This document shows positions 1 through 14,226 of a stretch of DNA of 64,000 bases, piece after piece. Positions within the stretch are counted from its first letter, which is position 1. Each line of letters starts with the position of its first letter. The position numbers and the translations under genes were made by a program. The notes below the pieces were generated by a model. That model saw only the letters and a program-made list of their open reading frames with translations. It was not told the origin of the DNA and searched no databases. The DNA comes from Azolla caroliniana (lineage: Eukaryota > Plantae > Polypodiophyta), in NCBI GenBank assembly GCA_043228905.1, contig JBHGNT010000008.1, positions 10,416,001-10,480,000 on the forward strand, written 5' to 3'.

Positions 1-738
1 GGAAGAGGAACCGGAACCCGGGCCGTTTTTCTCCAACCAGAACCCAATTTTGGCGCATACCGGTGGATGCGTGGTTAAGTGGGGGCGGATGTCGTGAAGA
101 AAACTGTCCCCTGGCGTAATCGGTGAATAGCACACAGGAACCGGCCCTTCACGTGTGCGCGCTCTTAATGTATATAATAGAGAATTAGGTATAGAGAGAG
201 ATCCGGGGTAGTTAGATTCGGTAGGTAGGAAGTAAATGAGGGAGACGGCTCCCCTCTTGACGCTATAAAGGAGAGGGAGACGCAGGGAGAGAGAGATAGC
301 GCATTGAGGAGGACGAAGTGCTGTCGGACCGGAACCGAACGCTTCTCCTATGTCTGTTCTTTGTTGCCCTTCTCTGCAGGTTTCGGGAGGCTCGCGCTGC
401 TTCGAGGAACGCTCGTGTGCTTCCGGCAGCACCTCCATCCTATTCCCATTTCGTGCGTAGACGAACAGGCATCGGCATCTGTCCGCCGGCCTGTTCGGTT
501 GTAGCCGCTCGCGTGTTTTGCTGTGTACTCGTTATTCGTTAATATACAAACACTTGTTTCTTCCTGTCTCTGTGTCTATTCGCGTCTTCTGTGTTGACGG
601 GCCACGCCCCTGTGTTTCTTTGCTCATACGTGACCGAGCGTCTCTCTCCTTCTCTTTCCCCTTCTATCACTTGCTCTTCGGTTCAAGACCCCGGTGGTCC
701 CGCCTTGTTTCTCCACACACGCGCGTAACAACGCGACA
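1..738 (+). mobile_element. 3' part of an LTR related to the tRNA-Trp-primed Ty3/gypsy LTRs later in the window
   Basis: TATA-like CTATAAAG at ~264 and GA/CT tracts. The end (CAAGACCCCGGTGGTC...CACACGCGCG...CGCGACA) matches the end of the LTR at 18007-18639. Followed by ACGT and LINE sequence. The start lies outside the window. Confidence 0.55.
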
Positions 739-1225
739 ACGTTTCCCCTTTAGATCTCCCCAAAATATAGCACATGCATGCGCTTTCTCTTGCATTTGGA
801 GAAATTTTTGAGTAACTTCCCATATTCTTCTCTTTCTTTGAATAAGCCTTTTGTACTCATGCAAATGCTTTTGGTAATTTTCCTTATCCTTAACAACATC
901 CAAAATCATAAGGTGCTTTCGAGCTTCATGACATTCTTTATCAAACCATTTTTTCTTTGAACTACATTTCTAGATGCATTTCCAAGATGCGTGCATGGTC
1001 GAAAAACATTCATTTGCGCATGAGAGAATGACTTTCTTAAAAGCTTCCCATTTGAATTCTAGTGTGACACCATGTTGTATCTTTGTCATTTGTAAAATAT
1101 CCTCAACCATTTTGGAATACGTGGGTGCTCACTTAAGGTTCATCCTCAAGTGGGGTTGTTTATTATCTCCAATGGCCTTATCACAATCAAACCTATGCAT
1201 ACATTTGAGCTCAATACATAAAGCC
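739..1225 (-). pseudogene. Non-LTR retrotransposon (RTE/RTEX-like LINE) ORF2 fragment, endonuclease-RT linker
   Basis: Minus strand reads ...KWEAFKKVILSCANEC...KKWFDKECHEARK...YKRLIQRKRR..., the W-F-D-x-E-C motif typical of LINE linkers. Contains in-frame stops. Confidence 0.55.
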
Positions 1226-1965
1226 TGTTGAGCGAGCAAGCTCAACTTGTGCCGGATCGGCTGAAGAAGCCGAGAGCCGGATTGGATGGAGATCGATCGG
1301 CTAGGCCCAGATGGCTGAATAAGTTGAAATCCAAATCAGTTTCTAGGCCGAATCAGATAGCTGAGTCGGACGAAATCCGATAGGTTGTTAGGGGCCTATA
1401 TTCCTATTTTAATTAATAGGAATATTACTGGTAGAGTTAGTGTCAAGCTCATTCATGAGCATTTAAGTACTAATAGTACTTGTGTTAACCCACTCATCGG
1501 GGCGTCTATAAAAAGTGCTCATTGAGCACACTGTATGTACACAGAACATTTTGCTAATAGAAGATTGTTGTTTTTTGCTCTATCTACCTCTCTCTCACTG
1601 TGTATTTCCATTCTCTATGTTTACCTAACTGTTATACTTCTGAATAACCGACTGTGTGTTCGGTGTTTTGCATAAGCTTTCGCACTTATCTTTTAGATGG
1701 TATCAGATCACGAGGGTTGAACATCCTTGTTGTCGACAAGCGCTTTCAACACAGAAACAAAGAGGTTCTTTTCGAACAACATGAACATGGACAGAGGAAT
1801 GGGAAGCTTGATAGAAGCAACTATGCATCTTGGTCGTACAAGATGCACCTGTACCTTCTTGGACACAGGTACTCGAGCTATTTCGAAGGAGCTAATGATG
1901 CAACACCATATTCGACACACAGAGACTTCCCAGCCTGAGAACAAGCGGCAAGCAGAGTTCCCTAC
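1226..1965 (+). mobile_element. Ty1/copia fragment: 5' LTR (1226-1697), tRNA-iMet PBS (1698-1707), gag N-terminus
   Basis: TGTTGAG start; TGGTATCAGA PBS; KLDRSNYASWSYKMHLYLLG gag motif. The LTR is homologous to 45944-46360. Interrupted at 1966. Confidence 0.8.
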
Positions 1966-1975
1966 TGTTGGGAAT

Positions 1976-4900
1976 TGTCGTGAAAAATGCGGAATAATCT
2001 CCGGCAACAACCGAAGGGTAAATCACTTGATACAATCGAAACACAGAAGAAATGGGAATGGAGGTAAGTGCACGAACAATCAAAAGAGAATACACAGGAT
2101 ATTAACGTGGAAAACCCTGAGAGGGAAAAATCATGGGAGTCCATAGACTCCAAACTATCACTATGTAAAGTAATACAATAGGGAGCACAGAGGCAACGAC
2201 CTCTTCCTCACAATCTTTGCCTCACGGCGGTTACAACAGAGACACAATCTTTGTTTGTCGCTATCTCTCTCTCTTACGCACTGTACAGAGGTTACACTAA
2301 CAACACACATTAAGTCTGCCCTAGGTCATATTTATACTAATATGACTTTCGGGCTATTTACAAATATAGCCCCAGTGGGCTCTCTGGAACATATTTACAT
2401 ATATGTCCCTTCCATCCGATGAGAGGTTCTCACTGGGGCTGCAACATCCGGTTCTCACCGGGTCTTCCGTTGCCGGGTACTCCAGATCCGGTTCTCACCG
2501 GGTTTTCTGTTGCCGGGTACGCCACATCCGGTTCTCACCGGATCTTCCGTTGCCGGATACTCCACATCCGGTTTCGGCCTCGGTCTATCGGCCTCGTCCG
2601 AGTTGCTCATCAACACGGTTCTTCTCACTTCCCATCCGGAGGGACCTATTTCCTAACAAACTCCCCCTTCACTCCGGCATGGGATGTCTTACTAGTCTGA
2701 TCCGCTTCTGACATGCATCCAGCTTGTCGGGTATCAGTACTAGTAAGACATATCTGACCCGTTCTCGGCCATGTGGATCTTCGTCAACGCAATCTCTCGA
2801 TCTTCAACTCACTCCCGGATCCGGTGATACCTACGCTGGATGTGCTTCCTCCTGGAATGGTACACTGCATTCTTAGCAAGGTGGATGGCACTTTGAATGT
2901 CGCAATAGAGCTGATATTCATCTTGCCGGATACCGAGCTCGCCGATGAAATCCTTCATCCATAATATTTCCTTGCCGGCTTCCATAGTCGCCATGTACTC
3001 CGCCTCCGTGGTTGACAACGCAACCGTCTTCTGCAGCCTCGACTGTCACGAAACAGCTCCCCCTTCATATGTCATTACATACCCGGATGTAGACCGGCTG
3101 GTATCCACATCAGCCGACATGTCCGAATCGGTAAAACCGTCAAGTTGAGGTTTACTGGAGCCGAATCGGAGACACATATTCGAAGTGCCCTTCAGGTACC
3201 AGAGTATCCATTTGACCGCGTTCTAGTGCTCCTTGCCGGGATTTCTCATAAACCGGCTCACCACTCCGACTGCGTATAAGATATCCGGTCGAGTACACAC
3301 CATTGCGTACATTAAGCTCCCGACGGCAGAGGCATATGGCACCTTCATCATATCAGCCTTCTCTGCTTTCGTCTTCGGGCTTTGCTTACCGGATAGTCTG
3401 CAGTTTGCCGGGAGTGTCGATCCGACCGGTTTTGCTTCTAACATGTTGAACCGCTGAAGCACCTTTTTCACGTATTTCTCCTGTGACAACCACAATTGCT
3501 TCTTTCACCGGTCCTGGATGATGTGCATCCCCAGTATCTGTCTTGCCGGGCCCAAGTCTTTGATTGCGAAAGTTCGGTTTAGAGCCTTCTTCAACATCCG
3601 TATTTTGGCTTGGTCCCGTCCGACGATCAACATGTCGTCCACGTACAGAAGGAGTATCAGGAAGTCGCCTCCTTCGAACATCTTCACAAACACGCAGTGA
3701 TGGCCCTGCATCTTGTGGTACCCTTGATCGGTCATGAAGGAGTCGAACTTCCGGTACCATTGTCGGGGAGCGTGCTTCAACCGGCAAACTAGGTGCTCCT
3801 TCCCTTTCTCCACGAATCCTTCCGGTTGCTGCATGTAGATCTCCTCTTCGAGGTCACCGTGAAGGAATGCCGTCTTCACGTCCAACTACTCTACCTCGAG
3901 GTCCTTGCTTGCCGCTATACTCAGCACCATCCGGATGGAGGTCATCTTTACTACCGGGGCAAATATCTCGTCAAAGTCCACGCCCTTCTTCTGCTGGAAC
4001 CCCTTCACCACGATCCTGGCTTTGTATCTCGGGGGGTTTCCGGTATCTCCCGGTTTCAACTTGTACACCGACTTGTTTCGGAGTGCCCGCTTTCCTTTCG
4101 GCAACTCCACCAATTCGTACGTATGGTTCTCATGCAGGGAATCCATCTCATCCTGCATGGCACTAAACCATTTGCGGCTATGGGTGTCATCCTTCGCTTC
4201 TTCGAAGCTTTCCGACTCTCCCTCATCGGTCAGCAGCACATGCTCTGCATCCGGAAATCTCCGGGGGGGCCTTCTCTCTCTAAGAGGATATCTCCGCCTT
4301 TGGCTTTCGGCAACCGGATCCTCTATTTGTTCTTCATCCGAATCCAATTCGGGGTCTTGGCCGGTTCCGATTTCACCTATTCCTTCTTCTTCGGCCTGTC
4401 TTGTCTCCTTACCGTCACCGGCCGGTTCATCAAGTGCTAACCGGTCTCTTGCCGGTTGGGTCTGCTCATCGTGGAATCGATCCTTACCGGTCAACTCAGA
4501 GCTCATTATCTTCTTCTCCGACTCCCAGTCGGCGAGCATCTTGTCCTCCATGAAGATAATATCTTGACTCCGGAATACCTTCTTGTCGGCTAGTTCCCAC
4601 ACTCAGTAACCGAACTCATCGTCGCCGTAATCGAGGAATATGCATGGCCGGGTCTTCGGATCTAATTTTCCTCTCCGGTCCTTAACTACATGCACATACG
4701 CAAGACACCCGAATACCTTCAGATGCCGGTAGGACACTTCCTTACCGGTCCAGACTCTCTGTGGCGTGTCTCCGTCCAAGGGTACTGAGAGTGATCTGTT
4801 TATCACATATGTCGCCATCGACAGTGCCTCAACCCAAAACTTCTTGGGTAGTTTTGCATGTGCCAACATACTCCGGACTCTCTCCATTATGGTCCGGTTC

Positions 4901-7367
4901 ATCTTCTCGGCCAACCCGTTTAGTTCCAACATCTTCGGCACGGTAAATTCGAGCCGAATTCCCTTCGAGCGGTAGTACTCCTCAAATTGCCCCCGGTATT
5001 CACCTCCGTTATCTGCTCGAACCGCCTTCAGCTTCCGACCGGTTTCTCTTTCCACTCTCGCGTGGAGCTCTTTGAAGACGGATAGCACCTGATCCTTCGT
5101 CTTCAACGGTGTGGGCCACAGCTTCCGGCTATGGTCATCTATGAACATCATGAAGTACTGCGATCCTGCATGTGACTTCGTGTCCACTTGACACACATCA
5201 GTATACACCAACTCCAGTGGTGCATTACGTCTCATCGGTGGCCTTGGTCAGAAGGAGGTCCGGTTTTGCTTACCGGCCAGACAATCAGTGCACTTCTCCA
5301 AGAGTACGTTCTTCACTGGAATGAGGTTGTCATTTGCAAACCTCTTCATCCCCTTCTCGCTCATGTGACACAGCCTCTTGTGCCACAACTCACCGGCAGT
5401 GTCGGAAGCCACGTTCACTTCTTCCGGGCATAACCGGGCATTCATCAGGTACAAAGTGTTGACCTTCCGGGCCCGAGCCACAATCAGGCTCCCTTTGTTG
5501 AACTTCATAACACCGTTCCGGATGCTACCCGTGTAGCCTTCATCATCTAGCCGACCGGCTCATATCAGGTTCAGTCGAACCTCCGGAACATGTCAGACAT
5601 CCTTCAGCAGCAGCTTGCATCCGGTTGGAGTTGTCAATCACACATCTCCTATGCCGACAATTCGGCATGTACCTTCATTCCCCATCCGGACACAACCGTG
5701 GTCACCAGCTGTGTAGGATGAGAAGTATTTACGTTCCGGGGTAAGGTGGAACGATGCTTCGGAATCAACAACCCACGTTGTCTCATCGCCGACAAGGTTC
5801 AACTCACTCTCCTCGGTGATGAGCATTAGCTCTTCTCCACTTGCCGTGATTGCCGTCGTTCCCTTCCAGTCCGTTCCCCTCCGGTCTTTACCGTTCCTGT
5901 CCGGTGTCCGCTTCGAATCGGTACCATCAATTTCCTTGTCTTTTCAGAAATGCCGACAGTTCTTCTGGAAGTGTCCCGGCTTGCCGCAATAGAAGCAGGT
6001 AGGCCTCCCCCTTGACTTTGACCGTGTCCCCGACTTCTCCCAGTTCTGGGGACTACGGTTCCTTTGTCTTCCGCGTTCCGATTCGGTAAGGAGCACTTTG
6101 GAGTCGGAGCTCATATCCTTATCTTTCCGACGTGCCTCTTCTTCTAGCAAGCTCGACTTCACTCTTGCTAGGGATAACCGTTTCCCTTCCGTCCCGGCGT
6201 TGCCCAAAGTGACAACCAATGTCTCCCAGCTATCTGGGAGGGAACTGAGCAGGAGCAGTGCGAGTACCTCATCGGCGAGAGGTACTTCCAATGATGTTGC
6301 CTGGTGAATCAGCCCCTGGAAGGCATTCATGTGCTCCGCCATGCTGGAGCCATCTTGGTACCGGAGTCGTACTAGCTTTCGAAATACCGAAACCTAATTA
6401 ACAACATTTTTGTTCTGAAACATAATGTCGATCTTCTCCCAGAGCCCTTGCTCTCTTTCATTGAAGTTGTTGTATAGACTCATGTCAATAAAGCACCGTA
6501 TGTACATCGTTGTCTTCATGTGCATCACCTCCCATATCGTGGCATCGATTTTGTCCGGTCTCTTGTGCCCGAACTGAACCGGCAACCAAAGATCTTTAAC
6601 CAGGAGCATGTCCCTCATCTTCGACTTCCACACTGAATAGTTGGAGCCGGTGAGCTTGAACATGCCTCCCAACGAATCGTCCATTTCTCTATGTCGTTTC
6701 ACTCTGATACCACTTTGTCGTGAAAAACGCGGAATAATCTCCGGCAACAACCGAAGGGTAAATCACTTGATACAATCGAAACACAGAAGAAATGGGAATG
6801 GAGGTAAGTGCACGAACAATCAAAAGAGAATACACAGGATATTAACGTGGAAAACCTTGAGAGGGAAAAACCATGGGAGTCCACAGACGCCAAACTATCA
6901 CTATGTAAAGTAATACCATAGGGAGCACAGAGGCAACTGCCTCTTGCTCACAATCTTCGCCTCACGGCAGTTACAACAGAGACACAATCTCTATTTGTCA
7001 CTCTCTCTCTCTCTCTCTCTCTTACACACTGTACAGAGGTTACACCAACAACACACATTAAGTTTGCCCTAGGTCATATTTATACTAATATGATTTTTGG
7101 GCTATTCACAAATATAGCCCCAGTGGGCTCTCTGGAACATATTTACATATATGTCCCTTCCATCCGATGAGAGGTTCTCACCGGGTCTTCCGTTGCCGGG
7201 TACGCCACATCCGGTTCTCACCGGGTCTTCCGTTGCCGGGTACGCCACATCCGGTTCTCACCGGGTCTTCTGTTGCCAGGTACTCCACATCCGGTTTAGG
7301 CCTCGGCCAAGTTGCTCATCAACACGGTTCTTCTCACTTCCCATCTGGGGGGACCTATTTCCTAATA
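1976..7367 (-). mobile_element. Full-length degenerate Ty1/copia retrotransposon; LTRs 6716-7367 (5') and 1976-2658 (3'); TSD GGAAT
   Basis: Paired LTRs; GGAAT at 1971-1975 and 7368-7372; PBS revcomp ACTCTGATACCA at 6701-6712; PPT revcomp CTCCCCCT next to 2658. Confidence 0.95.
2700..6684 (-). pseudogene. copia gag-protease-integrase-RT-RNase H polyprotein, broken by stops
   Basis: CFYCGKPGHFQKNC zinc knuckle; WVVDSEAS protease; LWHKRLCH..CTDC and VRADNGGEY integrase; MDVKTAFLHG and LLYVDDML RT; STTEAEY RNase H. Confidence 0.92.
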
Positions 7368-9100
7368 GGAATTCGGTCCCTCCAGATGGGATTCGGATGA
7401 GAATCTGAGAAGCCGGATCCGACAAGCCGAAGGAAAGAACCGGACCAGATGGATCCGGTTGGTATGCGATTAGACATTAATTTATGTATATGTTGCGATG
7501 TGACTATTTTAGGTCATATTTGTAAATATTCCTAAAGTTATATAAGTATAAATATAACTAGGGAAACAATGTTCATAGTGTTGTTATTCTTGCTGTACAG
7601 AGAGAGATAGAGAGGGAGTGAGAGATATAGAAAGCTTTAAGTTGTAATCGTTAGTAGGCGAAGATAGAACTTGAGGTTGTTTCCTTCATAGTGATAGTTG
7701 GAGTCTATGGGCTCCCGTGGTTTTTCCCGATTAGGGGTTTCCACGTTAACATCTGGTGTTGTCTCATTCTGTGAAAGTGCATTAATCTTCATTTCCGTTT
7801 TGTTTCTTCCATAGAGAGTTTAAGACTCAGTTGTGTCCGAGCACTATTCCGCACAAACTAGTATAAGAGAGAACAACAAAAAAATGGAAGATCCACTCAG
7901 TGGCATGTTCAAGCTCACCGGCTCCAACTACCTAGTGTGGAAGGCAAAGTTGAGGGACATGTTGGTGGTCAAAGATCTTTGGCTTCCGGTACAGTTTGGA
8001 AACAAAAGACCAGATAAAATTGATCCTGCAAACTAGGAGGTGATGCATATGCAGATGACGGCATTCATTCGTTGCTTCATCGACATGCGCATGTACAACA
8101 ACTTTAATGAAGAGAGTAAGGCTCATGTGCTCTAGGTGAAAATCGATACCATGCTAGAGAGCAAAAATGTTGTGAATCGGGTCTTAGTATTCCAGAAGTT
8201 GGTGAGACTCTGATACCAAGATGGATACATTATGGCAGAGCACATGAATGCCTTCCAGGGGCTGATAAACCAAATAACCTCGTTGGAAGTACCTCTAGTC
8301 CACGAGGTACTCACGTTGCTGCTGCTCGGTTCCCGCTTGGATAGTTGGGAGATGCTAGTTGTTACTTTGGGAAACGCCAGGCTGGAAGGTAAACACCTGA
8401 CCCTAGCACGGGTAAAATCAAGCTTGCTGGACGAAGAAGCTCTCCGGAAAGACCGAGAACAGGAACCGATTCGAAGGCCTTGGTTATGGAAGATGACCAT
8501 AACTGGGGAAGAGGCCGGAATTGGAGTGCTCTGAAACAAGACAAATCGGGGACGAGGTCGACGTCAAGGGGGAGGCCCACCTACTTTTATTGCGGAAAGG
8601 AACATGGGGAACTGACACTACAGAACCAAAGAAGATTTTGGAAAGAAGAGGAACGTCGGCAATTGCGACAAGTGAAGAAGAATTGCTGCTCATCACTGAG
8701 GAGGGCGACCTCCATCTCGTTAGTGACGAAACGACATGGGTGGTCGACTACGGAGCGTCGTTCCATCTGATCCTTGATCGGAAATGTTTCGCATCCTATA
8801 GAGAGGAAAATCACGGTTTAGGAGACGTGTTGGGGAATGAAGGTGCATGCTGAATTGTCGGCATAGGAGACGTGTTGCTGATGACGTCAACCAGGTGCAA
8901 GTTACTACTGAAAGGTGTCCGACATGTTCCGGAGGTTTGGTTGAACCTGATATCACCCGGTAGGCTGGATGATGAAGTCATGAAGTTCAACAAAGGAAGC
9001 CTGATCATGGCCTGAGCTCGGAAAATCAACATGCTATACCTGATGCATGCTCGAATATGCTGGGATCCGACACTGAAGGTCAACAAAAACACATGAAGTG

Positions 9101-12100
9101 TGTTGGCATAAAAGCCGACTCCTTCCAAATTGTATCCATCCGAGTGTGAAATCGTTAATAAGTTAGGGCTTTGTATATAAGTGAATACCTAACATTGTAA
9201 TGATATATGACAAGAAGAGTATTGCATCTCTGAGCGAGAACGAAGTAATAAGAAGCTTTCCATTAAAGCTCAATCGATTGTCTAAGTCTCGATTCACTGT
9301 ATTTTCTGTGTGTTGTTTTTTGTGCATAAGCAGACAGGTCCGCAAATGTTTTCCGCATACGTATACATAGATATACACAATTTCGACAACTGGTATCAAA
9401 GCGACCTTGCCACACGGCGGCAACAGACAACAGGAGAAACTTGAGTGGAAAAGGCGAGGTTAGAAATCTTACTTTCATAACAAGAATATGGCTTCAACAT
9501 CCTGAATAGGAGTTGAAATTAGAAAGGTCGACGACAAAAAATTTGCCCTATGGAAGGAGATGATGCAGGATATGCTGATCATCCGAAGACAGGTTGAGGC
9601 CATTCGGCACAACAGAAAGCCTGTTTCGATGACAACAAAAGAGTGGAGATCAGTGGATGAAATAGCATGATCCACCATCCGGATGCACCTAGCCGAAAAC
9701 GTTTACTGCAGCATGGCGAAAGAGACGACAACATTCTCATTGTGGGAGAAACTTCAGGCCTTCTATGTGAAGAAGTTCTCATCTTCGAAACTGATCTTGA
9801 TCAAACAACTGTTCAACATGAAGATGAGAGAGACTGATCCAACAACCTCCCACATCAACACCTTCAGCCGGGTGTTGTCTGAGCTCTCATCACAAGGGAT
9901 CAACTTCGAAGAAGAAGTGAAAGCCCTTGCCTTCCGTTTGAGCTTGCCAACAAGTTAGGAGGTATTCTGCACGACATACGCCAATAGCCGACCGATCCTA
10001 AACTTGGATGAAACAATCGGCCAAGTCCTCACAGAGGACATTAGGTGAAAATCGATGGGAGTAACGATCGATGAGTCAGCAAAAGCCCATCGGTCCATCG
10101 AGTCGTTTGACAGACAGAGTCGAATGAAAGAACAAGCTGGCAGAACTGGTCGACGCTACAGCCGATCGAAAACAAGGGGGGACCGACAACGGTCGAAGTC
10201 GAAAACGGGCCGAACAAGTGAGTACTGCACACACTGTAAGAAAGCTAGCTACAATGTTTCCGACTGCTGGTCAATAAAAAGAAAAGAGAGTGGTTGGCGA
10301 TCCGAGCGGAATTGGGGACGTTCTGACTCGGACCACTCTCTAGTGGGCATCCAGATCAATGTTGCCGACACCTGATCCGGAGAAATCCTCTCCCTAGAGG
10401 ATTCGATGATCGGAGAAGTCCTCTACAGTGCACAAGCTGCGCATACGTGGTTACTAGACTCCGGTGCCACATTTCACGTGACCCCCAACATCGAATGGTT
10501 TTCAAACTATTCAACCAATGCCAGTGGCACAGTCCGACTAGGCAATGGGCAGGAGTGGAAGATTGCAGGAACTAGAGAAGTTCCCATCAGATTTCCAAAT
10601 GGCAACATCATAACCCTGCACCAAGTTCGGTGGGTACCCGATATAAAGAGAGTATGGTCTCCATCGACATGTTAGCCGAAGACGGGTATAGAACGACTCT
10701 ACACGAGTCGACATGGGTGATCAGCCGAGGAAACCTCAAAATTGGTAGTGGGCACAAGTATAATAATCTATACCCATTGATGGCGATCAACCCTGAAGGG
10801 GCCGTGAACATAGCCAAAAAGACAGACCCGAACCTATTGCATGGCCGACTTGGCCACATGTCTCAAGTCGGACTTGATCAACTGATGTCGGTCGGCCACA
10901 TCTCCAAACTCCAAGTGAAGACGGACTTCTGCGAGCATTGTCTATATGGGAAACAGACCCAAAGTCTGCACTCTCTCCACTACGAGACGGTACAATAGCC
11001 CCTAGAGCTCGTGCACACAGACATATGTGGGCCCATGCCAGAGCGATCACTAGGAGGATCCCGGTACTTCATCACATTCGTAGATGACTGTACACGGGAA
11101 TTTTGGGCATACTCCATCAAGTCCAAAGATGAAGCGCTCGAGGTCTTCACTCGATGGAAATCTGAAGTGGAGAACCAGTCGGGACACAAAGTGAAGACAC
11201 TCTAATCCGACACCGGAGGTGAGTACACCTCTAGAGCCTTCAAATAGTACCTGTCCAGAAAAGGGATCTGACACCAAAAGACCGTTCCCTACACACCCAT
11301 GCAAAATGGAGTGGCAGAACGGATCAATAGGACAATTCAGGAGAGGGTGATGGCAATGATCCGGCAAGCTGGACTGAAGTTGGAATTTTGGACCGAGGCA
11401 TTGCAAACGGCAATGTACCTCATAAATCTGGCGCCGTCAAGAGCAATCAAGCTCGAAGTGCCACATGCACTATGGTCAGTCAAACAATCGACTAACGATA
11501 GGCTCCATATGTTTGGATGCGAAGCCTACGCCTTCATCCCCAGGGACAAAAGAACGAAGTTGGCACCCCATGCAACAAAATGCATATTTCTCGGTTATGG
11601 AACCGATGGGAACTTCGGCTACCGGCTATGGGACCCTGAGAACCGGAAATTGATTCATAGCAGCGACGTAGTCTTCAATGAAGACTCTATCTTCTCTCAG
11701 TAGAACCAACAGAAAACATTTGGCACGAAGGTATCCTTCGAAGATGACAACACTTTCGTAGAAGGATCGACCCAACGGGCGGAATCGGAGACTCGACAAA
11801 CAGTTGAGCTCCAACAAACTGCCAACTTCCCTACCGACACAGAATCGGCAACAAGTCCTAACATCGAACTCAAAGACAAAGCCATCAGAGACACAACCGA
11901 ATTGACAAGAGTCGACAAAGGCAAAGTCACTAAGAGGCAAGTCAGAACCGAGTCGAAAACAACCACAGGGAAGAACAACTAGACACCGCCGAAATCCCAA
12001 ACCAGGGGTGGGACACCTAACAAGACTCCTGACACAACTGGTTTAACAAATACCGATTGAAGGAACTAAACCAGCTATTACGGCACCCAAGAGATCTAGA

Positions 12101-14209
12101 CTAGCTCGAAGGCAAACAGAGTTTTATCAACCGAGCCTCGACTATGTCCACTACACAGATGCAGGCGAACCATGCACGTATGACGAAGCTATGTCCGCAC
12201 CGGACGCCGAAACATGGTTGCAGGCCATGAAATCCGAAATGGACTCAATTCATTAGAATCAGACATGGGAGCTCATCGAACTACCAGTAGGAAAAAAGCC
12301 GCTACCTTGCAAATGGGTGTTCTGATACAAGTATGTCTCCGACTCAGAGAAACCCAAGTACAAAGCTCGGCTTGTCGCGAAAGGATTCAAACAGGAATAT
12401 GGGGTCGACTATGACAAGATAATCTCACTAGTAGTCAAGATGACCACCCTCCGACTCCTACTAGAAGTTGTGGCCACAGAAGACCTAGAGCTCGAGCTGA
12501 TGGAAGTCAAGACGGCATTCCTACACGGAGATCTGGACGAAGACATATATATATCTCAACCGGCAGGCTTCACGGCGACGAGGGAGGACAATCACCTCGT
12601 ATGCAGACTTAAAAAAAGTCTATATGGCCTCAAACAAGCGCAGAGGATGTGGTACCAGAAGTTTGACTCCTACATACGGCAACTTGGATACAACAGATTA
12701 GACTCCGACCCATGCATGTATGTTCGGCAACTGGCCGAGGAGTCCAGGATCTATCTGATCCTATATGTCGATGACATGATGATTGCAGGGAGCAATCAAG
12801 CAGAAATCGGTAAGCTGATGCGGAGCCTTCACACAAAGTTCACGATGAAGGAACTAGGACAAGCTCGACACATATTGGGCATGATGATAGAGTGAGATTG
12901 GATGACGAAGACTCTTCGACTCTCCTAGTCTATATACATCCGCAAGGTGCTGAAGCGCTTCAACACGGAGAATGCGAAGCCAACACCAATACCGCTTCCG
13001 ACATCGATCAGACTATCAAATAGAGACTCTCCTGCATAGGATAAGGAGAGTGAGCTTAATGGAAAGATACCCTACGCATCGGCAAGAGGAAGTATCATGT
13101 ACGCAATGGTGGGACCCGACCCGACCTAGCCTATGTCGTAGGGGTGATCAGCTGGTACATGTGAAACCTAGGAAGGAAGCATTGGGAAGCCGTCAAGCAC
13201 ATCCTTAGGTATCTAAAAGAAACCACGGATGCACAATTAACTTTCGGACTGACAACCTTAGCTGAAGTCGAAGGCTACATCGATTCCGAATATGCTGGAA
13301 ATGTAGATAATCGGAAATCGACATCAGGCTACATCTTAACCTATGGTGGTGGTGCAATATCATGGAGGTTGAAACTTCAAGAGTGCACGGCTCTATCTAC
13401 CACAGAAGCTGAGTACATAGCAACGTCGGAAGTAGCGAAGGAAGCGATATGGTTGCACCGACTGTCTGCCAACCTCGGAACTGCAAACCGAATAGACCGA
13501 CTAGCGCCGACTATCTATTGCGACTCACAGAGCGTAATACACCTCATCAACAATCCCATCTACCATGCGAAGGCGAAGGACATTGAGGTGCGATATCATC
13601 ATATCCGGGAGCTTGTGACCGAGAAGAACTCGAAGTCCGGACGATTGACACTGACGTGAACATCGTTGATTTCCTGACAAAGCCACTCCCAAATCAACAC
13701 TTCGGAACACTAAGGACGAAGATGGGTCTATGACAAGTGACCGGGCAGAAAAAAGCTGAATGAGGAGCAGAAGGTAAGAGCTGACCGACACTCATACTAT
13801 ACCTTTGTTGACTCGACTACTTGCCGAAAGACTTGTAACATAAAATCTAGTTAAACCTGTAATCTAGGTTTACGGGGGAGATAACCCCAAGCATTTGCAT
13901 ATGTACAAAAGAGTAGTCCTTTTACGCGGGAGTTTGTTGGCATAAAAGGCCGACTTCTTCCAAATTGTATCCGTCCGAGTGTGAACTCGTCAATAAGTTA
14001 GGGCTTAGTATATAAGTGAATACCTAACATTGTAATGATATATGAAGAGAAGAGTACTGCATCTCTGAGCGAGAATGAAGTAATGAGAAGCTTTCCATTA
14101 AAGCTCGATCGACTGTCTAAGTCTCGATTCACTGTATTTTCTGTGCATAAGAAGACAGGTCTGCAAACGTTTTCCGCATACATATACATAGATATACACA
14201 ATTTCGACA
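9101..14209 (+). mobile_element. Full-length degenerate Ty1/copia retrotransposon; short LTRs 9101-9388 and 13935-14209
   Basis: LTR pair TGTTGGCATAAAA...TTTCGACA; PBS TGGTATCAAAGC at 9391; WLLDSGAT protease, HTDICGP integrase, LYVDDM RT, STTEAEY RNase H; many stops. TSD imperfect (AAGTG / CAGTG). Confidence 0.92.
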
Positions 14210-14226
14210 ACAGTGAATGTGGCATC

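Noticed and set aside
3793-4567. Long antisense ORFs over retroelement genes (also 19532-20422, 33514-34341, 43262-44026)
   Set aside because: Shadow frames of pol/gag with no independent motifs.
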